A stretch of 64,000 bases of DNA from Octopus sinensis (taxonomy: Eukaryota): contig NC_043000.1 in NCBI RefSeq assembly GCF_006345805.1, forward strand, positions 107,384,001-107,448,000, in the 5' to 3' direction. The notes beneath the pieces were generated by a model that saw only the letters and a list, made by a program, of their open reading frames with translations, had not been told where the DNA came from and searched no databases. A program made the translations under genes and the position numbers. This document shows, one piece after another, positions 25,878 through 39,340 of the stretch (positions are counted from its first letter, which is position 1; each line of letters starts with the position of its first letter).

Positions 25878-26354
25878 GTGCACACAATTATACATTCATA
25901 CATGAAATCACTGTGTGATTCAGAAATTGGCTCTGCAATATGCGGTTCCGTGTTCCATTCAGTGGCGTAGCATAGTCAATAGTTGCCTTCTTCAGTTACC
26001 TGGAGATGATCAATACTTCGTGGATTGAATTTGTATGACTGAGACTTGCAGAAGCCTGTCATATGCCTGCCGATTAAGACGTACTGAAGAACAAAAAAAA
26101 AAAAAAAAAAAGAAGAAGCAAAACTCCCTACAAAAAACAAAGCAAAACAAACGAAGAAAAAAATAAAAACACAGCATAACAAAATATAAACTAACAAGAA
26201 AGAGTAGTGTGTAAAAAAACAAAACAAAATAGAGGCACCCAATAAAATAATTACTAGTCCAAAATATGTACTAGGATTCGATTTGTTTGACTAAACATAT
26301 TTGCTGGCGGTGTCTGAACATCACCGCATTCCAATAATTGCAAGTTATAAAATA

Positions 26355-26398
<44 letters not shown>

Positions 26399-26400
<2 letters not shown>

Positions 26401-26810
26401 TGCAGGAGTGGCTGTTTTGTAAGTGGCTTGCTTACCAACCACTTGGTTCCAGGTTCAGTCCCACTGCGTGGCACCTTGGGCAAGTGTCTTCTACTAAAGC
26501 CGCGGGCCGACCAAAGCCTTGTGAGTGGATTTGGTAGACGGAAACTGAAAGAAGCCCGTCATATATATATGTATATATGTTTATGTATGTGTGTGTGTGT
26601 GTATATGTTTGTGTGTCTGTGTTTGTCCTCCCAACATCGCTTGACAACCGATGGTGGTGTGTTTACGTCCCCGTGACTTAGCGGTTCGGCAAAAGAGACC
26701 GATAGAATAAGTACTAGGCTTCCGAAGAATAAGTCCTGGGGTCGATTTGCTCGACTAAAGGCGCAGTCAAATGACTGAAACAAGTAAAAAAGTAAGAGTA
26801 AAAAGAGTAT
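26399..26810 (+). mobile_element. tRNA-derived SINE family B (CORE-like accttgggcaagt segment), full copy
   Basis: ggtgcaggagtggctg...ggttcagtcccactgcgtggcaccttgggcaagtgtc, an internal TA/TG tract, and the tail gactgaaacaagtaaaa. Confidence 0.9.
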
Positions 26811-27217
26811 ATATATGTATGTATGTGTGTTTGTATGTATGTATGTATGTATGTATGTATGTATGTGTATATATATATATACACCTACATATATATTGCA
26901 GTTTGGTCTTTTCATTTGTAGTTCAACCAAATTAAAAATATAACAAGCAACAAAAACCCAGGATCTATAGTTTTTATCGTTCACATTCTTTTAGTGTTCG
27001 GAACAAAGATATATATAAATGAACAGCTATACTGAAATTATGATGCGAAGCAATTATAATATAAAATGGCGTTGAATTAGAAACATACTGGCCTACTAAT
27101 TAAAAGGTTTATAAGTTTTTATCATTCATTTTGAAGACCATAGCGTATATATAATTAAGTAAGTCTATCCGCTCAAACGATAATATAAAATAGTTGTAAC
27201 ATTATCAATTTGCAGTA

Positions 27218-27482
27218 CAGTAGTCCCTCGCCTTATCGCAGTTCACTTATCGCGGTTTATTATTTAACCTTATGTCGATTCCTCCGTGGTGCTGTTTTGC
27301 ATTTATAATAAAGTAAATTATCGCGGTTTATTATTTAATCTTATGTCGATTCCTCCGTGGTGTTGTTTTGCATTTATAATAAAGTAAATATATGCAAATT
27401 ATAAAAATAATTTAAAGATATACGATAGTTTCTGCTTCGTGGATTTTGTAACGTAACACCCGCGATAGTCGAGAGATTACTG
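27218..27482. mobile_element. pogo/Tigger-like MITE with TA target duplication and an internal ~70-bp tandem duplication
   Basis: TA|cagtagtccctcg...cgagagattactg|TA. The segment ttatcgcggtttattattt...aaagtaaa occurs twice. Confidence 0.75.
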
Positions 27483-27797
27483 TATGTTATTTTTCGCCAG
27501 TGTATGAGTGAAAATTCACTGTAATTTAGTATTCTGATTGTTTTTTCAAATACGGCGAAGTCTATGCATTGTTGGGGTTATTCAATATGTCCAAAGTTGT
27601 CTCTCGTACACGTTGCTGGATTCAGTCATATAGCAGACCACCTTACTTAGGCAAATGTCTTGTCCTACAGACCAAGCCCTGCCCGACCCCGCCGGGCCAC
27701 GAAATATTTTTTCCCACGAAAACACACAGTAAGACACATACAGATGCAATATAAATACATATGTACACACACAGTCGCACGCACACGCAAACACACA

Positions 27798-27828
<31 letters not shown>

Positions 27829-28111
27829 CATGACCGGCTTCTTTCAGTTTACGTCTACTACATCTCTTAAATGGCTTTGGTCGGACAGTGGTTATAGTAC
27901 AAGAGACTTGCTCAAGATGTCAGGCATTGAAACTGAACCCAGAAATATGTGACTATGAGGCAATCTTCTTACTTCAGAACCAAACACTTAAAAATTACTG
28001 TTTTTATTTATCATGTCGAGATTTTCTTGAATTTTTTCCCTATATGTATCTGTGAGTGTGTGTGTGTGTATGTGTGTGAATGTGCATATGTATGTGGCTG
28101 TGTGCGCGTTC

Positions 28112-28185
<74 letters not shown>

Positions 28186-28189
28186 ACAG

Positions 28190-28303
28190 CTGAGACTTCG
28201 CAATTCATTACACCAGCATGATATCAGATATGAAGTTCCGCAGTGGTTGCCTCCCTTTTACACCCACGCTCATTTCATACTACTCCAGGGTCGAGGAAAT
28301 AAG
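28190..28303 (+). CDS. Internal coding exon [38 protein letters not shown], phase 0 to 0
   Basis: Acceptor (GT)n-acacag| and donor AAG|GTAAGC. One frame is open over 114 nt. An alternative acceptor at 28288 would give a 15-nt GRGNK microexon. Confidence 0.7.
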
Positions 28304-28713
28304 GTAAGCAGCAAATTACTGCATTCCATATAATATGTTAAAAGCATAGAAGGCGGTGTTCCAGATTGGCCGCAGCCCAATGAAGGAAACGAATAAAGAA
28401 TACAACAAAAGGAAAACAAAATTAAAACAAACACAACACGACACTTTTATGTACGCATACAAGCATATACACATATGTACTGCTTTACTCAGCTTAAGAA
28501 TGATTAAATATTTAATCGACTTAATTAGTGATAAAGATGCTTGTGTGAAATGATGTTGATTACATAGTTAATGAGCTCGTTAACGAGGTTATTACAACAC
28601 TTAATATTTTTGACGTTCAGTAAACAATAACTAAGAATTTAGCAAATTGGAACTTTTTCAAAATAGACGATACACACTTGACGCAATGATTAAAACTATA
28701 CATACATACACAC

Positions 28714-28747
<34 letters not shown>

Positions 28748-28819
28748 GCACACACACACACACATACATACATACATACATACATACATACAACATACAC
28801 GTGTATGTATATATATATA

Positions 28820-28869
<50 letters not shown>

Positions 28870-29035
28870 TTATATATATATAGGGAAAGTTTACGAAAAC
28901 AGGTGGTGTACAAAACAAACAGATGTATTAGTATAACGCGCATGAATAGAAAAAGTCTTTTACGTTTCGAGCCTACGCTCTTCTACAGAAAGGTACACAG
29001 AAAAACAAGGAGAGAAAAAATGTGTATATATATAT

Positions 29036-29360
29036 ATATTATTTCTTTATTGCTCACAATGGGCTAAACAAAGAGGGGACAAACAAAGACAGACAAAGGG
29101 ATTAAGTCGATTACATCGACCCCAGTGCGTAACTGATACTTAATTTATCGACCCCGAAAGGATGAAAAGCAAAGTCGACCTCGGCGGAATTTGAACTTAG
29201 AACGTAACGGCAGACGAAATACCTATTTCTTTACTACCCACAAGGGGCTAAGCCCAGAAGGAACAAACAAGGACAGATAAACGGATTAAGTCGATTATAT
29301 CGACCCCAGTGCGTAACTGGTACTTAATTACCGACCCCGAAAGGATGAAAGGCAAAGTCT
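29036..29360 (-). mobile_element. SINE family A, tandem dimer
   Basis: Two 3' units joined at cagacgaaatacctatttcttt. Confidence 0.9.
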
Positions 29361-29384
29361 ACCACAATATATAGCACTTAATTT

Positions 29385-29696
29385 TTAAGCCTAGTACTTA
29401 TTGTATCAGACTCTTTGGCTGAACCGCTAGATTACAGGGACGTAAACACAACACCGGTTGTCAAGTGGTGACGGAGGGACAAACACAGACACAAATACAC
29501 ACACACACGCACACACTCATAAATATATATACAGCGGGATTCATTCAGTTTCCATCTACGAAATCCACTCACGAGGCATTGGTCAGCCTGTGGCTATACT
29601 AGAAGACACTAGCCGAAGGTGCCACACAGTGGAACGGAACCGGAAACCATATTGGTCAGGAAGCTAGCTTCTTACCACACAGCCACGCCTGCACCT
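29385..29696 (-). mobile_element. SINE family B, degenerate
   Basis: Reverse complement of family B, ending cacagccacgcctgcacct. Confidence 0.8.
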
Positions 29697-30429
29697 ATAT
29701 ACACTCATAAAACACACACACACAGAGTTCAAATCTATAGAAAAACGAAGACTAATGTAGGACCAACAAGCAAGTTATATTAGTTTGACGCTCGGGAAAA
29801 ATGGTAAAGTCCTTTACGTTTCGAGCCTACGCTCTTCGATAGAAAGGTATAAGAGGAAATAAATAAAGAGAACATGCAAAAAGCATGTTAAGTTCAGTGG
29901 TCCATCATGGCAAACGATTGGAAAAAAGAGGTTGTATGTAAGGGAGATAATAATAAAGAGAGCTTGAATGAAAGGGATCCTAACAAAACGAGATACGCAA
30001 GCGCGCGCGTGTATTTCAGAATGGTGTGTATGAGGGTGTAAGTGTGTATGTGTGAATGGGGGCGAGTGAGTTTAATATGTGTGCGTGTGCGTGCGTGTGC
30101 GTGTGTAATGTGTGTGGGCGTGCGTATCATTGTGGCCAAATAGTGTGCATGTGTATAGTGTATGTAAGTGGGTGAAAATTAATTGTGTGTTGCATGTGTT
30201 TATGCGTGTTACGTGAGTGTGTGTTTGTGTGTATGTGTATTTATTGTCTGTGTTCTGGTACTATGTGCTCGTGTGGGTGTCGGTATATATTGTCTGTGTT
30301 CAGGTATTATGTGCACGTGTGTGTGAAATGAGTAATGAGTTGAACAGTGTGTATGGATGTGTGTGTGAGGGTACCGAGGTGGGCGGTATGCAGATGTGCA
30401 GGTGGAGGATGTGGGAGGTGAGTGAGACT

Positions 30430-32365
30430 GCGTGTGGGATTGGTGTCAAATGAAGACAGGAGGTGAGGTTGGTGTCAGATGAAGAGAGGAGGTGAGTTGA
30501 GCCCATATGGGGCAAAGGAACGAAAAGGGAAGATTCATCTTGTTCACGGTGAAGGCGGGTGTCCGGGTGGCGCCTATGTAGAGACAGTCCAATCACAGAC
30601 AGATGTTGCAGCGAATGACCGGTAGAGCGGAGAGGGCGCGAGACCGAGGTGTCATAGCCGAGTCTGACGCCCCAGACGTGCTCGGCGAACCGGTTAGGCA
30701 AGCGGTGTCCAGTTTGACCAACGTACAGGGAAGGACAGATAGAGCAAGAGATGCAGTAAATGACATTACTAGAGGGGCAGGTAAGGAAGTTGGTGACGTG
30801 ATAGGAACGGTGAATGGTGCCAGTAAGGATGGTGGTGTTGGAGAGGTAGGGGGAGGTGCGACAGCGTGGGTGGGAGTAGGGGAAGGAGTCAGGCTGGGAG
30901 CTGGGGATAGGCAAGAAACTTTGGACCAGGAGGTCACGCAGGTTATGGGCTCGTTTGAAGGAGGGAAAGGTAGGTTAGGCAAGATGTGCGAGGTGGAGGG
31001 GTTGGACTGAGGCCGCCGGAAGGCTCGGATAATGGTGCTTTGGAGGGGTGGTAGGGGAGAGGGAAACGGGAGACAGATAAGGGTGGAGCTGGTACGATAG
31101 AGAGCTGAGGCACGGTCCACATATCCTTCCGGGCAAAGGTAATGTGGATAATAGTGAGGGGATATCCACGTAGGATGAAGTGGTGAGCCATGATTTGAGA
31201 CTGGATCTCAAAGTGATGGTCGTCTCGACAGAGCTTGCGAAGATGGGGTAATTTGGGAGTAGATGGAGTGCTTCTGGTGTGAATAGGGTGGGCGGAGGAG
31301 AAGTTAAGGTAGGAGTGTGAGTCTGTATGTTTGTAGTGGATAGAGGTAGTGAGAGGCAAGTGGTGAATGCTCACAGAAATGTCGAGAAATTCGACGGAAA
31401 AGTTAGATATAGGAGGAAACGTTAGATATAGCAGGAGAATTCGAGGGCAGGATGGAAGAAGAAGAGCAAGGAGTCTAGTTGTTCGCGAGAGAGTGAGGTC
31501 GCGCCGATACAGTCATCGATATAACGACTGTATAGCTCGGGACTGGGACCAATGAATTGTGAAAACATTTGGGCCACAATGTAGCCAACAAACAAGTTCG
31601 CATAGTTGGGGTCCATTCTCGTCCCAATGGCCACGGGTGGGGGGGGGGCAGGCCAAAGGTCTATAAAGCGTTTAAGTGTAAGAAGACCTTCGTTGTGTGG
31701 GATCACAGTATGTAAACTTTTGATGTCAAGAGTGAAGGGAAGTTTAGAGGGGCCAGAATGGAAGGAAAAAGAATTAAACAGCCGGAGAGCATGGTTCGTG
31801 TCGTGGATGAGGGAGGGGAGGGAAGCCATTAGGAGGACAAGGACACGGTTGAGGTATTTGGAGATCTTTTCCGCGGGGCACTTGCAAGCGGAGACGATGG
31901 GGTGGCCAGGATTGTCGGGCTTGTGGATTTGGGGACAATGAGGTTGGAGGTGGTGAGAGGAAGGCGGGAGGAGGAAATAAGGTCGCGAATAGTGGAGGAC
32001 ACAGTTTGTTAGTAGTTAGACATAGGATTGGAGATCAAAGGGCAATAGAAGGAGGAGTCTTGAAGTCAGCGGAGAGCTTCAGCATCGTAATGATCCGCGC
32101 GTCACATCACTACAACTCCACCCTTGTTAGCCGGTTTGATGACAATATTTTTGCGGCGTCGGAGCCACCGAAGGGCCAAGAGTTCGGCTGGGGACACGTT
32201 GAAATCTCGGGGACGCTTGCGAAAGTGGAACCGGTCCGCATCACGTTGGCAGATGCTTGCAAAACAATCAACTGCTTGGAACTGGTCAGGAACTAGCGTC
32301 CAGCGGGATGGTCGGTGGCCCAGGTCGATGAAGCAGTCTTCTTCATTAGATGCAATGCATGTGTA
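30430..32365 (-). mobile_element. Penelope-like retroelement (RT plus GIY-YIG), frameshifted
   Basis: Motifs IKPANKGGVVV, GTRMDPNYANLFVG, YSRYIDDC, YKHTDSHSYLNFSSAHP and the GIY-YIG segment SNVIYCISCSICPSLYVGQTGHRL. Confidence 0.93.
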
Positions 32366-32368
32366 TAG

Positions 32369-32403
<35 letters not shown>

Positions 32404-32934
32404 CACACACACACACACACACGAAGGGTTATTTAGTGACTTTGCGATGGCTGTGCACATACACACACAGACGATGTGCGCGCACACCCACACGCATATT
32501 CATGTATAAAACCGATGTGTGCAGTCAGTCAGTCACAGGACTTTTATTATTATGCTAGCATAATTCCACCTTCATGTTTTTCATTTCTTCACACCAGGTA
32601 TTTGTGTAACACCCTCTCGACTCGGAGATGATATTAATAAACCAAGAATTTATGTTGTATGGCATTTGACATACCCCTAATTATTTATATGTCTACACGC
32701 TGTTCATATACATGCCAATGATCACTCTTGAGTTATTTCTCTTGGCTCATTTTTGTATAATATATATATATACAGTATATGTGTGTGTGTATGTGCACGT
32801 GACGTGCGTGCATGTGTGTGTATACATGTACATAACTATCTTTGTATATATATATATACATATATATATATGTGTGTGTGTGTATGTGTGTGTATATATA
32901 TATGTATATGTATATATATATATACTGTTGTATA

Positions 32935-33185
32935 TGGCGGCGAGCTGGCAGAATGGCGGCGAGCTGGCAGACACGTTAGCGCGCCGGGTGAAATGCTTAG
33001 CGGTATTTCGTCTGTCGTTACGTTCTAAGTTCAAATTCCGCCGAGGTCAACTTTGCCTTTCAACCTTTCGGGGTCGATAAATAAAGTACCAGTTTCGCAC
33101 TGGGGGCGATATAATCGACTCAATCCCTTCGTCTGTCCTTGTTTGTCCCCTCTATGTTTAGCCCCTTGTGGGCAGTAAAGAAATA
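32935..33185 (+). mobile_element. SINE family A, full copy with duplicated head
   Basis: ggcggcgagctggcaga occurs twice at the 5' end, followed by the normal body. Confidence 0.9.
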
Positions 33186-33193
33186 TATATATA

Positions 33194-33312
33194 CTGTTGT
33201 GTCTGGGGAGAGTAATTTTCTTTTTGTACCTTATAATTTAACACACTCACCGGTAAAATTTCTACTTATTTCTAAGGCACAAATAGAAAATCACTCTCCC
33301 CTGACACAACAG
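33194..33312. mobile_element. Small MITE or hairpin with 28-bp terminal inverted repeats
   Basis: ctgttgtgtctggggagagtaattttct pairs with agaaaatcactctcccctgacacaacag, with 2 mismatches. Confidence 0.75.
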
Positions 33313-33415
33313 AATATGCTTCATCACACGAACTCACAAACCAAATCCAAAAACGATCTATCTATCTATCTATCTCTATCTATCTATCTATCTTTTATAT
33401 ATATATATACGTATG

Positions 33416-33448
<33 letters not shown>

Positions 33449-33486
33449 TATATGTGTGTGTGTGTGTGTATATATATATTATATAC

Positions 33487-35300
33487 GCGAGAAAGAAGCA
33501 ACAAGAATGGATAGGTTTTTTGTACGATCGTTTCATACAAGGACAGGTTTTATTAAAAGTTGCAAAGATTACAGCATATAAACGAGTCCCGTACTCATCA
33601 GCTAAAATACATGTGAGATTCTCTAGACATCCTAGTGTTTGAGGCTATACTCATGAAGTAATGTAGATAATTAACATAAACAGATTTCTAAAGTTCATTA
33701 AAGTTCATTAAAGATGATGTACAGTCTTATCACAGAATTTTAAAAAAGTTTTGATAGCATCACAGAGAAGGTGACCTAATCCATATGAATTTCCATAGAT
33801 ATGATGAGGGATTATATACTCACAGAAGACAAATTTATCCATTGTTAATTACAACGAGGTTAATTACATCAGTTTTTTGAGAACAGGGAAATGAATAGTA
33901 CTTATTCGCTGCTTAATTGAGGCTTTATTTAATTTCAAACTCACAATTTTTAAATTCTTAATTTTAAATCTTATTTGTAATATTTAATTTTAATTCCTAA
34001 CTTAATCTAATTAAGTAGCATAACTCTAATAATTATAATGAGTTACTGTAGCCCCATATTCTATTTCAAAATTAAATAATAAGGCTATTCCCTCGGTGAT
34101 AATATGATTATCTTCATTATGATAGACAATCCCCTAACACCTTGTAAATGATCTTATAAGATTTGACCTGTAGTCAGTCAATGTATGAATAATAACGACA
34201 ACTCCTTAAGACAATAAAATGAATAAATTAAATAAGTAAATTTTTAATGACTTTTTGATAAGATTATACTTAGATTTTCCTAATGTATTTTCTGGTGTTT
34301 TAGCATCTGACCCCTTAACCCCTGACTGTGTTATCTCTTTAGATTCTCTTTAAACTCATAGCTGATTTCAACAGCAATAAATTAACGGTTTACTGGTCAA
34401 AGAATAATATTCTCCTCTAGTTCCTAGATGCCTGTTGATTAAAACCAGACTTGCAGTCTACTACTCTTCTGTATAACTAGAACCCTCTTTTTTTCTTTTT
34501 CTTTTTTTCCCTTCTTTCCCTATTTCTTTCTCTTTTCTCTTTTTCTTTTTCTTCTTCTTATTCTCTGTTTCCTTTTCTTCTCTTTAGTCCCCCTTCCCCC
34601 CCCCTTTTGCTCCCTCCTCCATTATTTTCTCTCTTTTCTTCTATTCCTTCTCTATTCTTGGCCGCTCTAGAAAGCCCTTCAGCCTTTAAGAGTTAAATAG
34701 CTACAGCCTCTTGTGAATAGCAGTAATGTGATTAATGTGGCAAATACCTAATCATATAACAAGGATTGATACCTACCTCATTGTGTTCAACCATTGAAAA
34801 TTTATCGCCTGTGAATATGAAATTCATCTCCATTTCTCTGGAAATTTACATCTACACCATTGGAATTTGTGCATCTATACAAAGGATTAATTCACCCTCT
34901 CTGTAATGCTAATAAGCAGGAATTGAGACCCACCTCGTTGTAATTAACATGGATAATTTGTCTCTGTGAGTATATAATCCCTCATCATATCTATGGAAAT
35001 TCATATGGATTAGGTCACCTTCTCTGTGATGCTATCAAAACTTTTTTAAATTCTGTGATAAGACTGTACATCATCTTTAAAGAACTTTAATGAACTTTAG
35101 AAATCTGTTTATGTTAATTATCTACATTACTTCATGAGTATAGCCTCAAACACTAGGATGTCTAGAGATCTCACATGTATTTTAGCTGATGAGTACGGGA
35201 CTCGTTTATATGCTGTAATCTTTGCAACTTTTAATAAAACCTGTCCTTGTATGAAACGATCGTACTAAAAACCTATCCATTCTTGTTGCTTCTTTCTCGC
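33487..35300. repeat. ~370-bp near-identical inverted repeat around a ~1.07-kb spacer
   Basis: 33487-33860 is the reverse complement of 34932-35300, with a few 1-nt differences. Confidence 0.95.
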
Positions 35301-35535
35301 TTATAATCACCCCACATTACTGTATTGTTAAATCAGTATAGTTTTTTTTTTGGTGCATCTAAGTTAGGTACCATATTCAAGTAAATTCATTTAAATTAAC
35401 TTGAATCTTTATTCCTCTTTGATTATATATATATATATATATACATTTTTATGCATGTATATATGCATGTATGTATTTATATAGAGTGACAATGGGCGTG
35501 TAGGCATTTAGTACTGTAGATAGATGACAATGAAT

Positions 35536-35602
<67 letters not shown>

Positions 35603-35994
35603 TCTGTAGGATTTCGCATACGGCATTACACATATGAACAAATAAATCTTGTTACAAAGCCTTGGCGTTGATCAGATATAAATCGATATTTTCAATATAA
35701 ATTGGCCAATCGATCCCACAGTCTTTGCATGTGTGTCTGTAGGTCAAAACTATAACGTTGGTTATGACAGTGGTAGTGATAGTGCAGGTCGTATGGTAGG
35801 ATCGAAGGAAGTTCTAGTATTGGAAATGTTAGTTATATTCGAAATACAGTGGCTGGTAGTAAGGATGTCTTGTGGTACGGTGTTCGTTATGAAGTTGTGA
35901 TGTCGTGGTGTTTGTCATGGATTTTGAAACGATGTTTAACTTCGTTACTATTATGACTACCGCAGTCGTCGCCATCAATTCCACGATCACCATT

Positions 35995-36015
35995 AGCATT
36001 ATCATTGTCATCATT

Positions 36016-36049
<34 letters not shown>

Positions 36050-36225
36050 ATATCAACATCATCATCATCGTAGTCGTCGTCGTCGTCATTGTCGTAGTCG
36101 TCGGCTTCAAGATCATCATCATCGTCGTCGTCTTCGTTGCCGCTGCCGCCATCATCGTCGTCGTGGTCATCATCGTCATCATCATCATCGTCGTCGTCGT
36201 TGTCATCGTCGTCGTGGGACGCTTT
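35995..36225. repeat. (CAT/CGT)n trinucleotide microsatellite
   Basis: Visible repeat; source of the poly-I/V/M/T ORFs. Confidence 0.9.
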
Positions 36226-36924
36226 TGATCATATCTCTACACGATCAGATTTGACTTACTGTAGAATACTAAAAAGAAAATCACTTTATTTAAGACTCAA
36301 GTTGAGAGGAATGGTAGAGCGACCTATAAAATAATTTGAGTTGTTTGGGCCCTCAACCTTCGACGGGGTGGTAGGGATACGATCATGATTTACTATAGTA
36401 AGTTTTCCCCATCTGTCGCAGTTGTGTACCATAGCTTGGGTCCTGCCAAACGATCTTCCTGTTCATTCTTTGGCGTCTTCTTTCTATCTTTTTCTCTGTC
36501 CATCTTAGCTCCAAGGCACAAACTGCCTAGTATAGTATCATGTCTGTAACTCAGTGGTTCTCAAACGGTACGTCGCAAAAAATGTCTAAGTAATGTGCGT
36601 GTTGTTTAAAAATAGAAAATTCAAGGATTTAGAAAATCAATACCAATGCTTGGATATAACGAAATCTGTTATTCGTGATTTTGCTATGTACAAGTATGAT
36701 TAAGAAAACAAGGTGAGTAGTAGTTTCATATAGATACATACATAGATATATAGATAAACAACCTGGAAACTTTCACTATAGCTGTAGTCTAACTGTATAA
36801 TTGGAATGCGTCTGGAAGAGACCTAATAGATGGATATTGATATCAGGGACTGACATTTTACAGAAAACCCTTAATATGTATATTCAGAAGGGCAATGAAA
36901 GGTCAGATTGACATGATAAATCGT

Positions 36925-37385
36925 TTTGCTATAGGATGGACAAACCTTGTGGCCATGTATGAAGTCATGGAGATGAAAGAAAACCATAGACCCATTGCTT
37001 GCCTAAACTGTATATAAGCTCCTTCAACCAGTTCATCCTGATCATTGTTAGTTCAACATTAGTGACTAGTGAACTAGCAAGAGGAAAGAAGGGAGTGTGA
37101 AAATGCGCCAAACAACTTTTGACAGTAAGGCTTGACGGTAGGAAAAACATTCAGTTCTATTCCACATTTAAGGTTGCCGATGTGTCTACAATTGGCAAAA
37201 GTACCTGCCACCTTAGTTACAACCACTGAGAGGCTCACACAGACTGGGCATCAATTCTTACATTTAGAACTGATAGTGGAACACCCGTCTCCAATTTTAT
37301 AAGATATTTCGAAATGATTATTGCAAGGAGATAGTCTTTCTGTAATTCTGTTCATTTTGGAATTAAATCCATTATCATTCCTGCG
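36925..37385 (+). mobile_element. Old R4/Dong-like LINE, RT N-terminal fragment
   Basis: ENHRPIACLNCI and LLQGDSLSVILFILELNPLSFL. Confidence 0.75.
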
Positions 37386-37414
37386 ACAAAATAATCAAAT
37401 TGCTACATGATAGG

Positions 37415-38265
37415 ACTAGCTGACGTACCCGGTAATTCCCGGGAAAGCGGGGCTTATCCCTTGGTTCCGTTCTCATAATTGTTTCGCTAATCCAAAACAA
37501 CAAAACAAAGTATGTAGCCCTTAAAACGGTTTTTGTGTATTTACAGAGAATACTGAACTGTCTTACACAGGATCTTGTTTTAGGAATTCCCAATAAGTTA
37601 TGAATACCCAAATTGTGAAGTCAGTTATGTAATAACATGATATTAGTTACCTGATAGTAAGAATTCAAATCAAGTAGCTCCGAGTATATAGAACATAAGA
37701 GGAAATACTAATTGGGTATATATACTAAAATCGTGAAGCATGTTACGTAATAACAGGCTAATCAGATATGAGATAATAACAATTCAAAGTAAATAACTCT
37801 GAAAAGGACTTTTGTGCGTTACTAGAGAATATTACCCTCAGGGGCGCTAGTGTTGGTATATTCGTGAATAAGTCACTAACCGAAATAAGTGGATCTATTG
37901 TTTAGGAAAATGCTATTTACTTGTTTACAGGCTATACTGGATAAATTACGAAAATAACTCTAACAGCTCAAATACTAAGAAATAAGCATACTCAATTTCA
38001 TTTTCATCAAATGATTTAGGAAAATGAATGGGTTATTTCCTTTGGCTATATATAAGGATCCCTTCCAGGGGTGAATGGGTTATTTCCCTTGGTTTTCAAA
38101 ATAAAATATATTAGATACATATATATATAAGGATCCCTTCCAGGGGCCCTATTATTGATTTTTTTCAACAATCTGAGTATGCCATGAGGTTTTCAGACAT
38201 AAGCTCTAGTCACGCGTCAAGTTTCATCAAAATCGATAAAACAATGTAGGCGGAGTTAGCTAACA
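37415..38265 (+). mobile_element. Probable non-autonomous Helitron-like insertion
   Basis: Starts actagctgacgtacccgg and ends near aagtttcatcaaaatcg, both resembling non-autonomous Helitron ends. It separates two parts of one LINE and has an internal duplication at about 38025-38145. Confidence 0.45.
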
Positions 38266-38559
38266 ACTCCAGAAACACACCCAAAGACAGAATTTTTCAC
38301 ATGTAGATGTACAACTGTTAGAAATATTAATGTAAATCATAGATTCTTTGGGGATGACACGAAGATTTCTGCTAAAAATGTTAATAAGGTCAAAAAGAAA
38401 AGAAAAATCAACTAGAATTAGCAACATTTTCAGCTGACATGGGGATGAAATGTAGCCAAATAAAAATAAAATGTTCGCATTTAATTGTTGAGCGTAGAAA
38501 ATCAATTCCACACACCCAAAACCAGAGCACCACTGGTCTCACCGTCTCTTCCTTTCTAC

Positions 38560-39340
38560 GAAAAGAATGATGCAAATACCTAAACATCGAGGAAAATATA
38601 TCATATGAAGATGATGTGAGTAAAGATAGAGTGACCTGGGAACATTATACTAAACGTAGAGAAATGTGGCAGTCGGAATCTCCCGTTTTATAAGACAATG
38701 TTCCACAATGCATTTGCAATACCAGTGTTGATTCCACCTTTCGGTATACTTGACTGGTCGGTAGAGGAAATCCACTTCATAGATATTAAAACCGGAAAGA
38801 TCCTGACATTGTTTGAAAACTTCCACAGAAACAGTGAAATCGACAGGCTCTACGAAATAAGAGATGAAGGAGATAAAAGCTTGAAATTAGTGCAGACAGC
38901 TCAAATGTCGTACAGTCTATCTCAGACAGTACCTGCTAAGTAATAACAGCAAAAATAGTACTTAAACTTAGAGCTGAAAAACGAAGAGAACATATTCCTG
39001 TCTGCAGTGAGCTCCTCAGGAAGTACTCTCTTCTTGACGATCTCTGATACATCCCCAAAGCAGCCAGACTAACATAGTTCAAAGAAACCTGGATGTGAAA
39101 CACTCAGCACACCAAAAGAGTGTCTGCATGGTCATGTTTCCCGAAGATTGGACGAAAACAGTAATATTAACATGAAGTGCACCAGTGGTATTTAACTCAC
39201 GCAAGTCCAGTGATAAACCAGCAGAAATTCATGATCTACATTTAGAAAAACGAAACTTAGGCAATACACTGCTTTCTTAGTTCTTGAACCCCAACTCAAA
39301 CGAAGTTTACAGAAAGCTGAAAGAGAAAGTGCAGATTGCT
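38560..39340 (+). mobile_element. Old R4/Dong-like LINE, RT C-terminal fragment
   Basis: KYLNIEENISY...HNAFAIPVLIPPFGILDWSVEEIHFIDIKTGKILTLFENFHRNSEIDRLY. Confidence 0.8.

Noticed and set aside
26399-26470. tRNA genes at SINE heads (also 5471, 43400, 60031)
   Set aside because: They have A/B boxes but continue into SINE bodies, and I see no complete cloverleaf.
36695-36712. 18-nt exon before a strong AAG|GTGAGT donor
   Set aside because: It lies in a probable hAT-type MITE starting cagtggttctcaaac at 36552, and its phase does not fit the core exon chain.
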